Source: Acidobacteriota bacterium
GTDB lineage: Bacteria; Acidobacteriota; UBA6911
Reading direction: 5' to 3'
Length of the DNA: 64,000 nucleotides
NCBI GenBank assembly: GCA_963664705.1
Contig: OY761556.1
Span: 2,816,001-2,880,000 of the forward strand
The translations under genes and the position numbers were made by a program. Positions within the stretch are counted from its first letter, which is position 1. Every line of letters begins with the position of its first letter. Below, in pieces: positions 47,386 to 56,899 of the stretch. The notes under the pieces are model-generated. The model did not search any database, was not told where the DNA came from, and saw only the letters and a program-made list of their open reading frames with translations.

Positions 47386-47607
47386 TTGGCAAGGATAGAT
47401 CGTTATTGAGCAAAACAGCGCGGTCAAGGTTTGACCGAATGTCTGTTGCTGACGCTGCTGGTCGCGTTGGCACTTTTTGTGCTCGCCCCGCAGATTGCCA
47501 ATCCGATTGTCCAGGTATTCTCCAAAACATCAAAAACTCTAGATCAAAATAAACAGGGCTCCTCTGTTGGCGGAGCGACGGAATCCTCGCAGGATCCGGG
47601 CCTCTAA
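47386..47607 (+). pseudogene. Flp/type IVb pilin-like gene interrupted by an in-frame TGA
   Basis: Not in ORF track. TTG start with GAGGG SD: MARIDRY*AKQRG|QGLTECLLLTLLVALALFVLAPQIANPIVQVFSKTSKTL... Confidence 0.6.
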
Positions 47608-47796
47608 GACGGGGCACAAGGTAAGATCAGAGGCTCTGGAAGCCGTCGGAATTTCATCTATAATTCCTATATGGTATGGCAGACTTCTTTGACTGCTTTG
47701 CGTTATTCCCTGCTCAAACATGCGGCTACCGCCGGAGTCCATTTCCATATAACGCGATCAAATCGTTGCGGCAAATAGCCCACAAGAGGAGGGTGC

Positions 47797-48213
47797 ATGG
47801 CCGAATTGAAAACAAAAGCCACGAAAGCTTCTGTCGATGATTTTTTGGCTGCCATTGAAAACGAGCAGATACGAACGGATTGCTATACCATTGCCGAAAT
47901 CATGGAGAAAACAGTCAAGGCGAAGGGATGCATGTGGGGCCCGAGCATCGTAGGGTTCGGCCGCCGCAAGTACAAATACCCGGACGGACGGGAGATGGAC
48001 TGGATGGTAATCGCATTTTCGCCGCGCAAGAAAAACATCACGCTGTACATCGCCACTGACTTTGCGGAAAGTCCGGATCTACTGTCCCGGCTCGGCAAAT
48101 ACTCCCTTGGCAAATCCTGCCTGTATATTAAGAGGCTGTCGGAGGTGGATATTACCGTACTCAAAAAAATCGTCAAAGCATCGGCTCAGCACGTGCTGAA
48201 AGAAAATGCCTGA
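47797..48213 (+). CDS. DUF1801 (YdhG-like) protein
   Basis: ELKTK.T..SV..F, MWG.SIVGFG, FSPRK..I.LY, LGK...GKSCLYIKRL. Confidence 0.9.
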   Translation: MAELKTKATKASVDDFLAAIENEQIRTDCYTIAEIMEKTVKAKGCMWGPSIVGFGRRKYKYPDGREMDWMVIAFSPRKKNITLYIATDFAESPDLLSRLGKYSLGKSCLYIKRLSEVDITVLKKIVKASAQHVLKENA

Positions 48214-48294
48214 ACTGGGAGTGTCCCCGGGGATCAGGCTATGTTCCTGCATGAATTTCCTCGACGACAAACCCTTGGTTTTCCCGATATAATC

Positions 48295-48329
48295 AGCTGC
48301 GGAGGGCGGGGAATCCGCCCTCCGCAGCT
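48295..48329. repeat. Perfect 15-bp GC-rich hairpin
   Basis: AGCTGCGGAGGGCGG-GGAAT-CCGCCCTCCGCAGCT. Confidence 0.9.
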
Positions 48330-48366
48330 CAACTCAAACCCAAATCAACATCCAGGATATTCGACC

Positions 48367-49521
48367 ATGAAACGAAGCGAAGATCGTATTCTCACCACGC
48401 ATGTCGGCAGCCTGATTCGCCCCGCCGAATTGCTTGATGCGCTTGCAGCAGTCCGTCACCAACCGCCGACGAGTGAACCCGGATTTATCGAAATCCTGGG
48501 GCGCGCCATAAAGGATGTGGTTCGGAAGCAGGTCGAAGTCGGGATTGACATCATCAACGACGGAGAATTCGGAAAATCGAGTTGGGCCAATTATATTCTC
48601 GAGCGGATCAGCGGATTTGAGAACCGCCCTCACCAGAAAGCTCCGGTGGAATGGCTGGGTAGCGACCCCCATCGGTTCGATCAATTTTTTGCCAAAGAGA
48701 TGCCGTTCCTGTCCGAGGGCCTGCCGGTTGACGCCTGCGTCGGGCCGATTATCTATTCGGATCCGGAGCCCATCGAGGTAAACGTCCGGCTCTTCCAGGA
48801 GGCACTGGCAGCCGTCTCGGTAAAAGAGGCCTTTCTCACAACCGTTGCGCCGGCCAGCGCCGCATTCACGGGTGTGAATGAGCATTATTCTTCAGAACGG
48901 GATTATATCTTTGCTCTGGCAGAGGCATTGCGCGTTGAGTATCTGAAGGTATATGAAGCCGGCCTGCTTGTTCAGGTGGACGACGCGGTACTGGCCAATA
49001 TGTTCGATTTTCTGGTCCAGCAAAGCCCGGAAAAGTACCTAAAATGGGCGGAATTGAGAATCGAAGCCCTGAATCACGCCCTGCGTGGCATCCCGGAAGA
49101 TCGCATTCGCTACCATATCTGTTTCGGCAGTTGGCATGTCCCTCACGTTGCGGACGCCCCTTTATCCGAAATAGCAAAACTAATCCTGAGCGTCCGAGCC
49201 CAGGCGTATTCGATCGAAGCCGCGAATCCGCGTCATGAACACGAATGGCGCGTATGGCAGGAGGTCCGGCTGCCGGCCGACAAAATCCTTATCCCCGGAG
49301 TCATCACTCACCACACGACAACCGTTGAGCATCCGCAGGTAGTGGCTGATCGAATTGTCCGCTTCGCCCGCATTGTCGGACGCGAAAACGTCATTGCGGG
49401 CACGGATTGCGGATTTGCCCAGGCTCAGTCGCTTCAGAGAGTACATCCGCAGGTTATGTGGGCGAAGTTCGAGTCCCTGGTGGAAGGCGCACGGTTGGCC
49501 ACGAAGGAGCTTTGGCACTGA
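48367..49521 (+). CDS. Cobalamin-independent methionine synthase II family protein (single-barrel MetE-like)
   Basis: ILTTHVGSL.RP, DGEFGK, Q.DD, HICFG (HxC), NPRHEHE, GTDCGF. Confidence 0.9.
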   Translation: MKRSEDRILTTHVGSLIRPAELLDALAAVRHQPPTSEPGFIEILGRAIKDVVRKQVEVGIDIINDGEFGKSSWANYILERISGFENRPHQKAPVEWLGSDPHRFDQFFAKEMPFLSEGLPVDACVGPIIYSDPEPIEVNVRLFQEALAAVSVKEAFLTTVAPASAAFTGVNEHYSSERDYIFALAEALRVEYLKVYEAGLLVQVDDAVLANMFDFLVQQSPEKYLKWAELRIEALNHALRGIPEDRIRYHICFGSWHVPHVADAPLSEIAKLILSVRAQAYSIEAANPRHEHEWRVWQEVRLPADKILIPGVITHHTTTVEHPQVVADRIVRFARIVGRENVIAGTDCGFAQAQSLQRVHPQVMWAKFESLVEGARLATKELWH

Positions 49522-49523
49522 AC

Positions 49524-49550
49524 CGATGGGAGCCTCGGCCGCTCCCATCG
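49524..49550. terminator. Hairpin between convergent genes
   Basis: CGATGGGAGC / GCTCCCATCG 10-bp stem; no U-tract. Confidence 0.5.
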
Positions 49551-49551
49551 A

Positions 49552-49827
49552 TCATAATTGTCCGGTCTGTTTGGAGTGGGAGACGTGATCCTTGAACCAC
49601 TCAATGCTCTCCGCACGATCCGTCAGCAGTTGCTGCAGAAAACTCGCTTGCGCGTCGGTAATGAAATGCGCATGCTCCCGGATATCCCCATAGGCCACGT
49701 GTTTCTGCAGATTCTCGACACCCGCCAGAACCAGATTCAGCAGACGACCGAAATGGAAAGGGGGCTTCTCTGTCGAAAAGGTTCGCAGATACTGCTCGAC
49801 ATCTTCATACTGCAGCTGTTTGCTCAT
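49552..49827 (-). CDS. Hypothetical protein
   Basis: 91-aa ORF co-oriented with the upstream SEC-C gene; protein-like composition. Confidence 0.55.
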   Translation of the reverse strand: MSKQLQYEDVEQYLRTFSTEKPPFHFGRLLNLVLAGVENLQKHVAYGDIREHAHFITDAQASFLQQLLTDRAESIEWFKDHVSHSKQTGQL

Positions 49828-49865
49828 AGCACTATCAATCCCCAGGATGCAAACTCATAGAGGAG

Positions 49866-50357
49866 CTATTTTTGCCCACAACACTTCTTGTATTTCTTGC
49901 CGCTGCCGCAATAGCAGACATCGTTCCTGCCTATCTTGGGCTGCTCGCGGCGAAATGGCTGATTTACGATTTTGCCATCGACAAAGGTCCAGGCTCCGGC
50001 CTCTTTCCGGAATGAGGCCAGCTCGTGGTGCTTGATCTCCTCATCCTTCTGAGAATAGGTGGCAATAAACTCGACGCTTCCTTCCGTATCCTGTTCCTTG
50101 CCTCCCGCGGTTGCGATTATTTCCAGGCCATGCCATTTGGAGTCTTCAGCCCATTTACGCGCACTCTCGCGGTCAAACTCGGCTTTTCCGCTCCGATGGA
50201 CCGTTCGTTCGATAAAGTCGATATTGGCGGTAGCATAAGCGGAATACCGCGCGCGCATTAAGGCTTCCGCCGTAGGAGCGGCTGCCGTGCCATTGAGAAA
50301 GGGTTCACAACATTCACTGAAGGATTTATTGCTTCCGCATGGGCAATTGGCCATCAC
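49866..50357 (-). CDS. ychJ: YchJ family SEC-C motif protein
   Basis: [44 protein letters not shown]. Confidence 0.93.
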   Translation of the reverse strand: MMANCPCGSNKSFSECCEPFLNGTAAAPTAEALMRARYSAYATANIDFIERTVHRSGKAEFDRESARKWAEDSKWHGLEIIATAGGKEQDTEGSVEFIATYSQKDEEIKHHELASFRKEAGAWTFVDGKIVNQPFRREQPKIGRNDVCYCGSGKKYKKCCGQK

Positions 50358-50581
50358 TTTTTCCCTATTCCTTAATATTCAATACGCGAGTCAATTCCGA
50401 ACCGGCCCGCATCACCATTATCCTATCACGCGTCTCCCGTTGCATCTCCATTCTTCCGGGCACCGGCACTTATCCACGCTTCAGATGAATAAAGTCGCAA
50501 TCCGAAAGGTGGCCGAGTGTACATGAATTGAAGGGTATTCCGGAACAGGAATTTCAATGACGTCCCAAGGAGCGCGCTCCG

Positions 50582-50848
50582 CTATTCCTTGACCTGGAGA
50601 GCCTCCAGGCGGCGATCGATTTCAGCGATAGCGTTCCGCAAATATTGCCGCCGCGCTTCATGCACGGTTGCCACAAGTTGGCGGTCCAGATCGATCCGGG
50701 CCAAGCGCAGCGACTCTTGCGCGCGAATACTTTCGGGATCAAGCTTCGATTCCCGCTGTTTGGCCTTGCGACGGTTTTCCTGCATTTCCTCCATTCGCTC
50801 TTCGAGCCGTGAGTTTGCATCAACAAGTCCTTCGCCAGAGTCTCCCAT
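50582..50848 (-). CDS. Hypothetical coiled-coil protein
   Basis: 88-aa charged helical ORF with AAGGA upstream. Confidence 0.65.
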   Translation of the reverse strand: MGDSGEGLVDANSRLEERMEEMQENRRKAKQRESKLDPESIRAQESLRLARIDLDRQLVATVHEARRQYLRNAIAEIDRRLEALQVKE

Positions 50849-50996
50849 ACATCAAAGTCCTTTCCCCCGGGGGCGTCTTCAATTCCCATCTATGATTATA
50901 TCGGACTGGGCACACTGCCGTCTTGGCTAAACCTGCAGATTATTGGTTGCCGCAACGCGCAATGCTGAACACTATTTGTCGACGGCAAAACCCTTG

Positions 50997-51061
50997 GGAG
51001 TGCGGTGGCCTGCCACCGCCTTCGATTTTATGGTTTAGGCAGCAGCAAGCGGCCGCACTCC
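50997..51061. repeat. REP-like doublet GGAGTGCGGTGGCCTGCCACCGCC...GGCAGCAGCAAGCGGCCGCACTCC
   Basis: Inverted pair of imperfect palindromes, intergenic. Confidence 0.75.
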
Positions 51062-51139
51062 ACGGTTCCCTTCGAGAGGGTCTTTTGCAAATAATCTACG
51101 GCATTAGCCGGGACAGCGGCGTTCCCAGTGCACTTCCTG

Positions 51140-52237
51140 TCAGGGAATAAGCGTTGCCAGGTAGGTACCCTGTTCGAGATAGACCTGGCTGATCGCCCCA
51201 TAATAATACACTCCCGAGAATGACGTGAGTCCCGGCGTGTAGGCGACATCGGTCTTCATATACCCCGAGATTTCCACATTACTCGTAGCCGCACTGTTCC
51301 CGTCAAAGTGTATATGAAGTATACCGTTGGATCCGATCTGCCCCATGAGTCCGAACACATCGGGATAATTCGAGGAAACGCCATAGCCGTAAACAAAGAT
51401 GCCGTCAATCCATAGGGTCATAGTGGCAAATGGCACATAGCTACTCGTTGACGAGATCGCATAGCTTCGAGTCGTCCCGCCCAGCGGCAGCGAGGAAAAC
51501 TGGCCGCTGGCTGTCTGAGTCAGTGCGACACCGCTGACGGGAACACTGGACTGAATCTCAAGTCGTCCTCGCCAGGCAGTTTTTGAAACCGTGGGGAAAG
51601 TCTGCCATAGATACTCGGCAAAATATTCTCCCGGCTGCATGGTCCTGGTAACCGTTGTTCCCACCTGGCTATTGGCATCGGAATAGAGCGTCATCGTCAG
51701 GCTTGCCACCCTCGACAGCGTGTCGGTATTGGCAAATGCAAAGCACAGGGATGTAAAGTCCTCAAAGGGTATGGCAGAAGCAACGATCGGACTGGAAGGT
51801 ATTATACCGATGCTGTCGGCGACTTCGGCACCATCATTGATATAGTAGGTCAGGTTGCCCTCGAGAAAATTATCGATGGCCCTGGTTTCGTTCCGGATCA
51901 CCAGGTATCCCGCCTGCACATCGCCCGGTACCGTAATCTTGTAGGTGCGGGTGGCTTTTGCTGCAATCTGAACCGCCAGGCTGCCGGCCGCCACCTGCGT
52001 CCCGTTGACATAGGGATTCCATGCCGTGTGTTGTCCCGTATAAAACTTCAGGTTTCCGACCCACGGCTGCGCCCCACGGTTGGTAACCGTAATCCATGTT
52101 TGATACTGACCGCCCGCGGCAACCTGTGGAAAGATCAATTCCTTGTGAGGAAGATAGCTTCCCGTGCTGATCTGGCCCAAAGCGGTTCCCGCAAAAAACA
52201 GAAGGAAAAGAACCCACGCAAATTTTTTATTTCGCAT
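51140..52237 (-). CDS. Exported hypothetical protein with an FPQxAxGG beta-domain
   Basis: Signal peptide ALG-Q; LIFPQVAAGGQYQTWITVTN; similar to the C-terminal half of 56900-58642. Confidence 0.78.
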   Translation of the reverse strand: MRNKKFAWVLFLLFFAGTALGQISTGSYLPHKELIFPQVAAGGQYQTWITVTNRGAQPWVGNLKFYTGQHTAWNPYVNGTQVAAGSLAVQIAAKATRTYKITVPGDVQAGYLVIRNETRAIDNFLEGNLTYYINDGAEVADSIGIIPSSPIVASAIPFEDFTSLCFAFANTDTLSRVASLTMTLYSDANSQVGTTVTRTMQPGEYFAEYLWQTFPTVSKTAWRGRLEIQSSVPVSGVALTQTASGQFSSLPLGGTTRSYAISSTSSYVPFATMTLWIDGIFVYGYGVSSNYPDVFGLMGQIGSNGILHIHFDGNSAATSNVEISGYMKTDVAYTPGLTSFSGVYYYGAISQVYLEQGTYLATLIP

Positions 52238-52766
52238 AACAAGCTCCGCTTCAATGATTCTATTATCGAGGGGGATAGAAGCCACCTGGAATCGGCAGCC
52301 GATGGCTGCCCGTTTCCCTATGAGTCTGCAACAGCCTGCATTCTATTCGTTTAATTTCAAATTTTCTATTTTCTTTGTGGAAATTCGCCATTTCCTTTAA
52401 TCATGCGCCCAATTTGCAAATTGTCGATTCGGCGCCGGACGCATGGAGCCCTTGCTGAAGACACATGACTAAAAGACCATCATCCACGATCTGCCCGCAA
52501 ACGAATTCCAGATTCATATTTGAGACTAAATCCCTTTGATAAAACCGCTTACCGCCATTCCCCCATTCTCAGGGTTCCCTTGACGGATGGTTTTTTCCAC
52601 TAACTGCCGGCTCTCTTTTTACCGACAAGAATCAAGACAATCAGGAGTATCGCGTTGGAGCGCTTGTGTGCTCGAACGAGGGACCTGGCAAGACTGGATC
52701 AGCGATGGAAGTACCTCCGCGCTTTCATCTTGGCCGCCATCAAAACACCAAATTCTGGAGCCGTTT

Positions 52767-55700
52767 ATGAATGATCGCAACATCCGCAAAACCTTTGTCG
52801 GCCTTGTCGCAGTGAGCCTGATGATGATAGCCGGAATCCGTCTGACAGCGTTCTCCGCCCCGGATTTTGCGGTGCGCCGAATCACGGCGGACGGGGTCGG
52901 AAAGTTCGGCGTCATGTTGAGCGGAAGCGGAGCGACGGCAGGGTGGCTGGAATTTGTCGATGATCCCAAGGTCAGCAGCCAGGAAATTGTGATTGTGAAG
53001 GCCGCCGCAACCGACGGGTCCTGGAACAAGGAATTGTTCCGCTCGTCCAATGGCGCCTGGATCAGCGGAGTGAAGGGGCCGCATTACAACTCATCGGATA
53101 CCAGCTACAATTTGAAGCAAGGCCAGCAAAAGATTCTCTTTTCCCGCGACGGCTCCCGGATGGTGATTCACATCGATGAGTTCGCAAAATCACAGCATCA
53201 TGACTATTTTGATGTGATCGACGTGCGGACCGGCGCTGCCAGGCTGTTGCCTGTTGCCGTGCCGCCAGGGATGGGGACGTTTACCGGCTACACCAACTAT
53301 AACTCGCACGGCGTCTGGTTGACCAACGGAACGCTGGGGCAGGCACTCAGCGAAGACGGGCGCTATGTTATCTATAGCCTCAAGGCGTTTGGAACGCTGG
53401 CGGGAAATGGGAAGACCCTCGATGCGCTGGTTGCGATGGATTTGGACACCGGCGCCGCAGTGCGGATTGCCGGATACCGCAGCATGGACAGCGCGGGTAA
53501 TCTGACGCCGGGAGACATGGAGTACAGCGAGGCCAGGGCAAGCTCCACGGGCAACAGGGTCGTATTTGCCTTCAACAATGCATACTATGCGGGCGACTTT
53601 AATGGATCCCCGCTTCAGCGCATAGCTCCGGGAGACAGCGGAACGCCACAATCTGTGGGTAACGGCCAGTATGTGGCAGAAGAGCGCACAGGGAATTTTT
53701 ATCCGGTTGCCGGAGGCAGCACAATCACCACTTCCCTCCCTGGCAGAGGAGGTTTCCAGTTTCCGTTCTGGGATGGAGAAGCGGGATTTATTCTGCATCC
53801 CCATTTATCCCACGAAGGGGAGACAGTAATTGTCCGCGCCGGGAAGGCGATGCCCCTGATCAAGTCGGGGCAAGAAGGTTTGCCCGCAGGCTGGAATTTC
53901 GGCGTCAAGCAATTGTCGAGTTCTTACACCTATTCTCTCGTATCATCAGACGGCAGGAGCGTATTGCTTTCGCTTATCAGCCCCGAGGGAAAGCAGGATC
54001 TGTTTCTGCTGAAGCGGGGAATCCCGGCGACGCCTCCCCCGGCCGTTACATCCGTTCAGACACCACCGTCTCCTCTTGCCGGATCGCGTCCGAAAGAGCC
54101 CTCCGCGCAAACGCCCCAACTCATTCAGCCCGCGGACACCGTCGGCATTCTTCTGCACTCCCAGAAGCTGGTCGCCTCGGAGAAAGAACAGGTTGTAAAT
54201 TATGAAAACCTGAGTGTGCGGATCCCGGGCGGTCTTCTTGCGGCAGATGAGGAACTGCGAATCTATAAGCCAAGCGCTCAAATGACCCCTTTGATCAACG
54301 GGATGAAGCAGGTTGCACTGGTGGATATCCAGATAGGCAAACTCACGAAATTCAACAAGCCGCTGGTGATTGAAATGAAATACGACGCGGCAATTCTTGA
54401 CAAAACCCAACCGGCAAAAAAACAGCTGATTGCCTGCTATTTTGACGAGAAAATCGGCGGTTGGATCGGCACTCCATTCGAAATCGATGAACAGCGGGGC
54501 GTGCTTGCCATCAAAACCAACCACCTCACTAAATGGTCGGCCTATTACTACCTGCTGGGCTACGATACTTACCCCGACACCAAGTGCATGGTGATTTTCG
54601 ACAAGAAGGATTTAAAAAATAATAACGCGCTATATGAAGGCAGGACAGGAAGGAAAAGCACTGTCACAGGCGTTCCAGTCCTGGTACAGGATGTCGCCCT
54701 GTTTATTGATCAGGCCTATCGCTCCTATGAACAGGAGGGATTTGCGCTTCCGCCGGTAACATCCGGCAGCCCCGATACAAAGCTAAATGTTTTTGTCGGC
54801 GATGTTGCCATGTCTACAAGAAATTCCAAAAGCGGCATTATCACGATAAATGCCAACCTGGCTTCGAAGGCCAAGGGCCTCGAGCTTGTAAATTTGTTCA
54901 GGCAGGACTGCGGACATGAATTATTCCACGAAATCCAGGCCCACAAATATGGAATCTCCGGCCTGACATCGCTGTATTACGAAAATAAATCGTTCTGGCT
55001 CGAGGCTACAGCCGAATACGCGGGAGATGTCCTCGCGTGGAAGCACGCAATCGATCGAGACGGAAGCCCGATGACACGGACCAAAATTATGGGCGGGGAC
55101 ATTAAGGCCGACTATCTGAAATACTCTCTTTTGACATTTGAAGTGCCCGGCCTTCTCACTGCGGGCAGGCAGAAAGCCATGGGGCATGAATATGACAGCG
55201 CCCATTTTGTGGATTACATGGTGAAGGCAAATCCCCAGGCTCCTTTGACTGTCCTCGTGAACATGCTGAATCGGGATTCAAGTTTTGCGAAGTGTTTCAA
55301 TGATTACTTCGGACAGAATGGAAAAACCCTGGAAGGCTGGCTGGCGGATTTTGCCACCTATTTCCTTTTTGATAATGCAAGCCCCTTCCCTGCCGGAATC
55401 GCCAGAAATGATGCGGCGGATGATTTCAAAGGCATTCGGTTCAAGATGTCGGCTACCCGCCTGGGACAACTCGATCAAAGCGAGGTAACCGAAACATTCC
55501 GGTTGAAACCGAGAGAACCCTACAGCGCCGCCGTAATGTTAACGGATCTGTATATAAACGGAAAGACGGACAAGGAAAACCAATCGACCTCCTTCGAGAT
55601 CGACGTCAGTAGTGATAAAGAGATCCGATTCGTGATCACCGGGATGGAGGACCGGGCACCACAAAAGAAATCCTCGGTAATCAAGGCAGCTGTTCCAGGT

Positions 55701-56483
55701 GGAAAATTCCTGGCAAATGGGCAGGACAAGATTTACATGATCTACACCGCAGCAAACAATCTGGATGCTGCCAACGTCATCATCAAAGCGAAAGCAATTG
55801 CAAAGACGGAGATCTCCGTGGAGCCGGGAAAACTGATGACGGAACCCGGCAAGGCCTCCGAACTCTCGGCAAGAATAATCAATGGGCCCATCCAGCCCTA
55901 CGTTGTTTGGGACTATGGCGACAGCACTGTCAGACCAGGAGCCACGACGCTGAAGACGACACACGCGTATAGCAGGGTTGGAACCTACAAAGGCAAAGCC
56001 AGTCTGTATGATGCCAAAGATAGAAATAGCATCCTCGCTGAAGCGGAATTCACCGTTTTGGTCAAAGAGAGCAAACCGGAACAGGATGCCGGTATTGATC
56101 AGAGCGCAAATCCGGACAAGTTCATAGGCCGGTGGAGATTTCTGCTAAGCCAGACCAACGGCGCATCTCCCACGTGGCTCGATTCGTACTATGGCAACCA
56201 GGCAATGGGAAAAAGCACAGACAGCGGCATCGTGGAGTATTTACGGATCATCAAGGAGAACGGAAAGTACCTGCTCTATCCTGACAGCGATAAAATTCAG
56301 ATTGGCGGAAGCAAAGTAGTCATCAAATACACGGCTGAACCGAGAGTCTCGGGCGAAAATCCGGTCGATTATATTCATGAGGGCGCCATCAACCCTGAAG
56401 GCACGCGGATTGAAGGCACCTACAGGATTACGGAAAAGGGGAAGGTGCTCTCGGAAGGAAAATGGATCGGAATAAAATCGTAA
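52767..56483 (+). CDS. Large secreted multidomain protein: propeller-like, Pro linker, ZU5-like, HExxH metallopeptidase, PKD
   Basis: Signal peptide; FSRDGSRM/LSEDGRYV/VSSDGRSV repeats; GHELFHEIQ...WLEATAEY; WDYGDS...HAY...GTY. Confidence 0.75.
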   Translation: MNDRNIRKTFVGLVAVSLMMIAGIRLTAFSAPDFAVRRITADGVGKFGVMLSGSGATAGWLEFVDDPKVSSQEIVIVKAAATDGSWNKELFRSSNGAWISGVKGPHYNSSDTSYNLKQGQQKILFSRDGSRMVIHIDEFAKSQHHDYFDVIDVRTGAARLLPVAVPPGMGTFTGYTNYNSHGVWLTNGTLGQALSEDGRYVIYSLKAFGTLAGNGKTLDALVAMDLDTGAAVRIAGYRSMDSAGNLTPGDMEYSEARASSTGNRVVFAFNNAYYAGDFNGSPLQRIAPGDSGTPQSVGNGQYVAEERTGNFYPVAGGSTITTSLPGRGGFQFPFWDGEAGFILHPHLSHEGETVIVRAGKAMPLIKSGQEGLPAGWNFGVKQLSSSYTYSLVSSDGRSVLLSLISPEGKQDLFLLKRGIPATPPPAVTSVQTPPSPLAGSRPKEPSAQTPQLIQPADTVGILLHSQKLVASEKEQVVNYENLSVRIPGGLLAADEELRIYKPSAQMTPLINGMKQVALVDIQIGKLTKFNKPLVIEMKYDAAILDKTQPAKKQLIACYFDEKIGGWIGTPFEIDEQRGVLAIKTNHLTKWSAYYYLLGYDTYPDTKCMVIFDKKDLKNNNALYEGRTGRKSTVTGVPVLVQDVALFIDQAYRSYEQEGFALPPVTSGSPDTKLNVFVGDVAMSTRNSKSGIITINANLASKAKGLELVNLFRQDCGHELFHEIQAHKYGISGLTSLYYENKSFWLEATAEYAGDVLAWKHAIDRDGSPMTRTKIMGGDIKADYLKYSLLTFEVPGLLTAGRQKAMGHEYDSAHFVDYMVKANPQAPLTVLVNMLNRDSSFAKCFNDYFGQNGKTLEGWLADFATYFLFDNASPFPAGIARNDAADDFKGIRFKMSATRLGQLDQSEVTETFRLKPREPYSAAVMLTDLYINGKTDKENQSTSFEIDVSSDKEIRFVITGMEDRAPQKKSSVIKAAVPGGKFLANGQDKIYMIYTAANNLDAANVIIKAKAIAKTEISVEPGKLMTEPGKASELSARIINGPIQPYVVWDYGDSTVRPGATTLKTTHAYSRVGTYKGKASLYDAKDRNSILAEAEFTVLVKESKPEQDAGIDQSANPDKFIGRWRFLLSQTNGASPTWLDSYYGNQAMGKSTDSGIVEYLRIIKENGKYLLYPDSDKIQIGGSKVVIKYTAEPRVSGENPVDYIHEGAINPEGTRIEGTYRITEKGKVLSEGKWIGIKS

Positions 56484-56629
56484 CGCGGGATTTGATCCCC
56501 GCAAAATAGCGCACTGGCGCGTCAGGCCAGGGTTTTAAATCCTCGCCTATTGGGAGTGCCACCATCCCGGCGGCATCAGCGCATGGAAGTAGCCGCGCGC
56601 CTAATGACATTTGCTTTTTTCAGGCGTTT

Positions 56630-56837
56630 TTCTTTCGCTCCTACAGGGATCCTATTTTTCACCATTCTACCGGGGGTTCGCTCCGCTTACCGCCGGCTAT
56701 TATCTTCCGCGCCTCCAGCGCTTAGTATAGATGGAACAATGTTCCAGCGCCGGAGGCGCGAAAGATAGTAGCCCCGGGCGAGCTTGCGAGCCCGGGGTTA
56801 TATACGGTGCTCAAAAAGCCCTGAAGGGGCGAAAGAA
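56630..56837. repeat. Long composite REP-like inverted repeat between convergent genes
   Basis: 56630-56722 is imperfectly complementary to 56746-56837; a fragment (AGCGCCGGAGGCG) recurs near 6177. Confidence 0.8.
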
Positions 56838-56899
56838 CGGCAATTGCAGAAAAGTAAATGGCATTAGGCGCCTCGCCAGCGCTCCCGAGTGAATGCTCC

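Noticed and set aside
47407-47409. TGA in the pilin-like frame as selenocysteine
   Set aside because: It falls in a cleaved leader peptide and no convincing SECIS hairpin follows; a nonsense mutation or sequence error is more parsimonious.
47330-47748. Minus-strand ORFs of 95 and 69 aa
   Set aside because: No recognisable features; the plus-strand pilin-like frame explains the region better.
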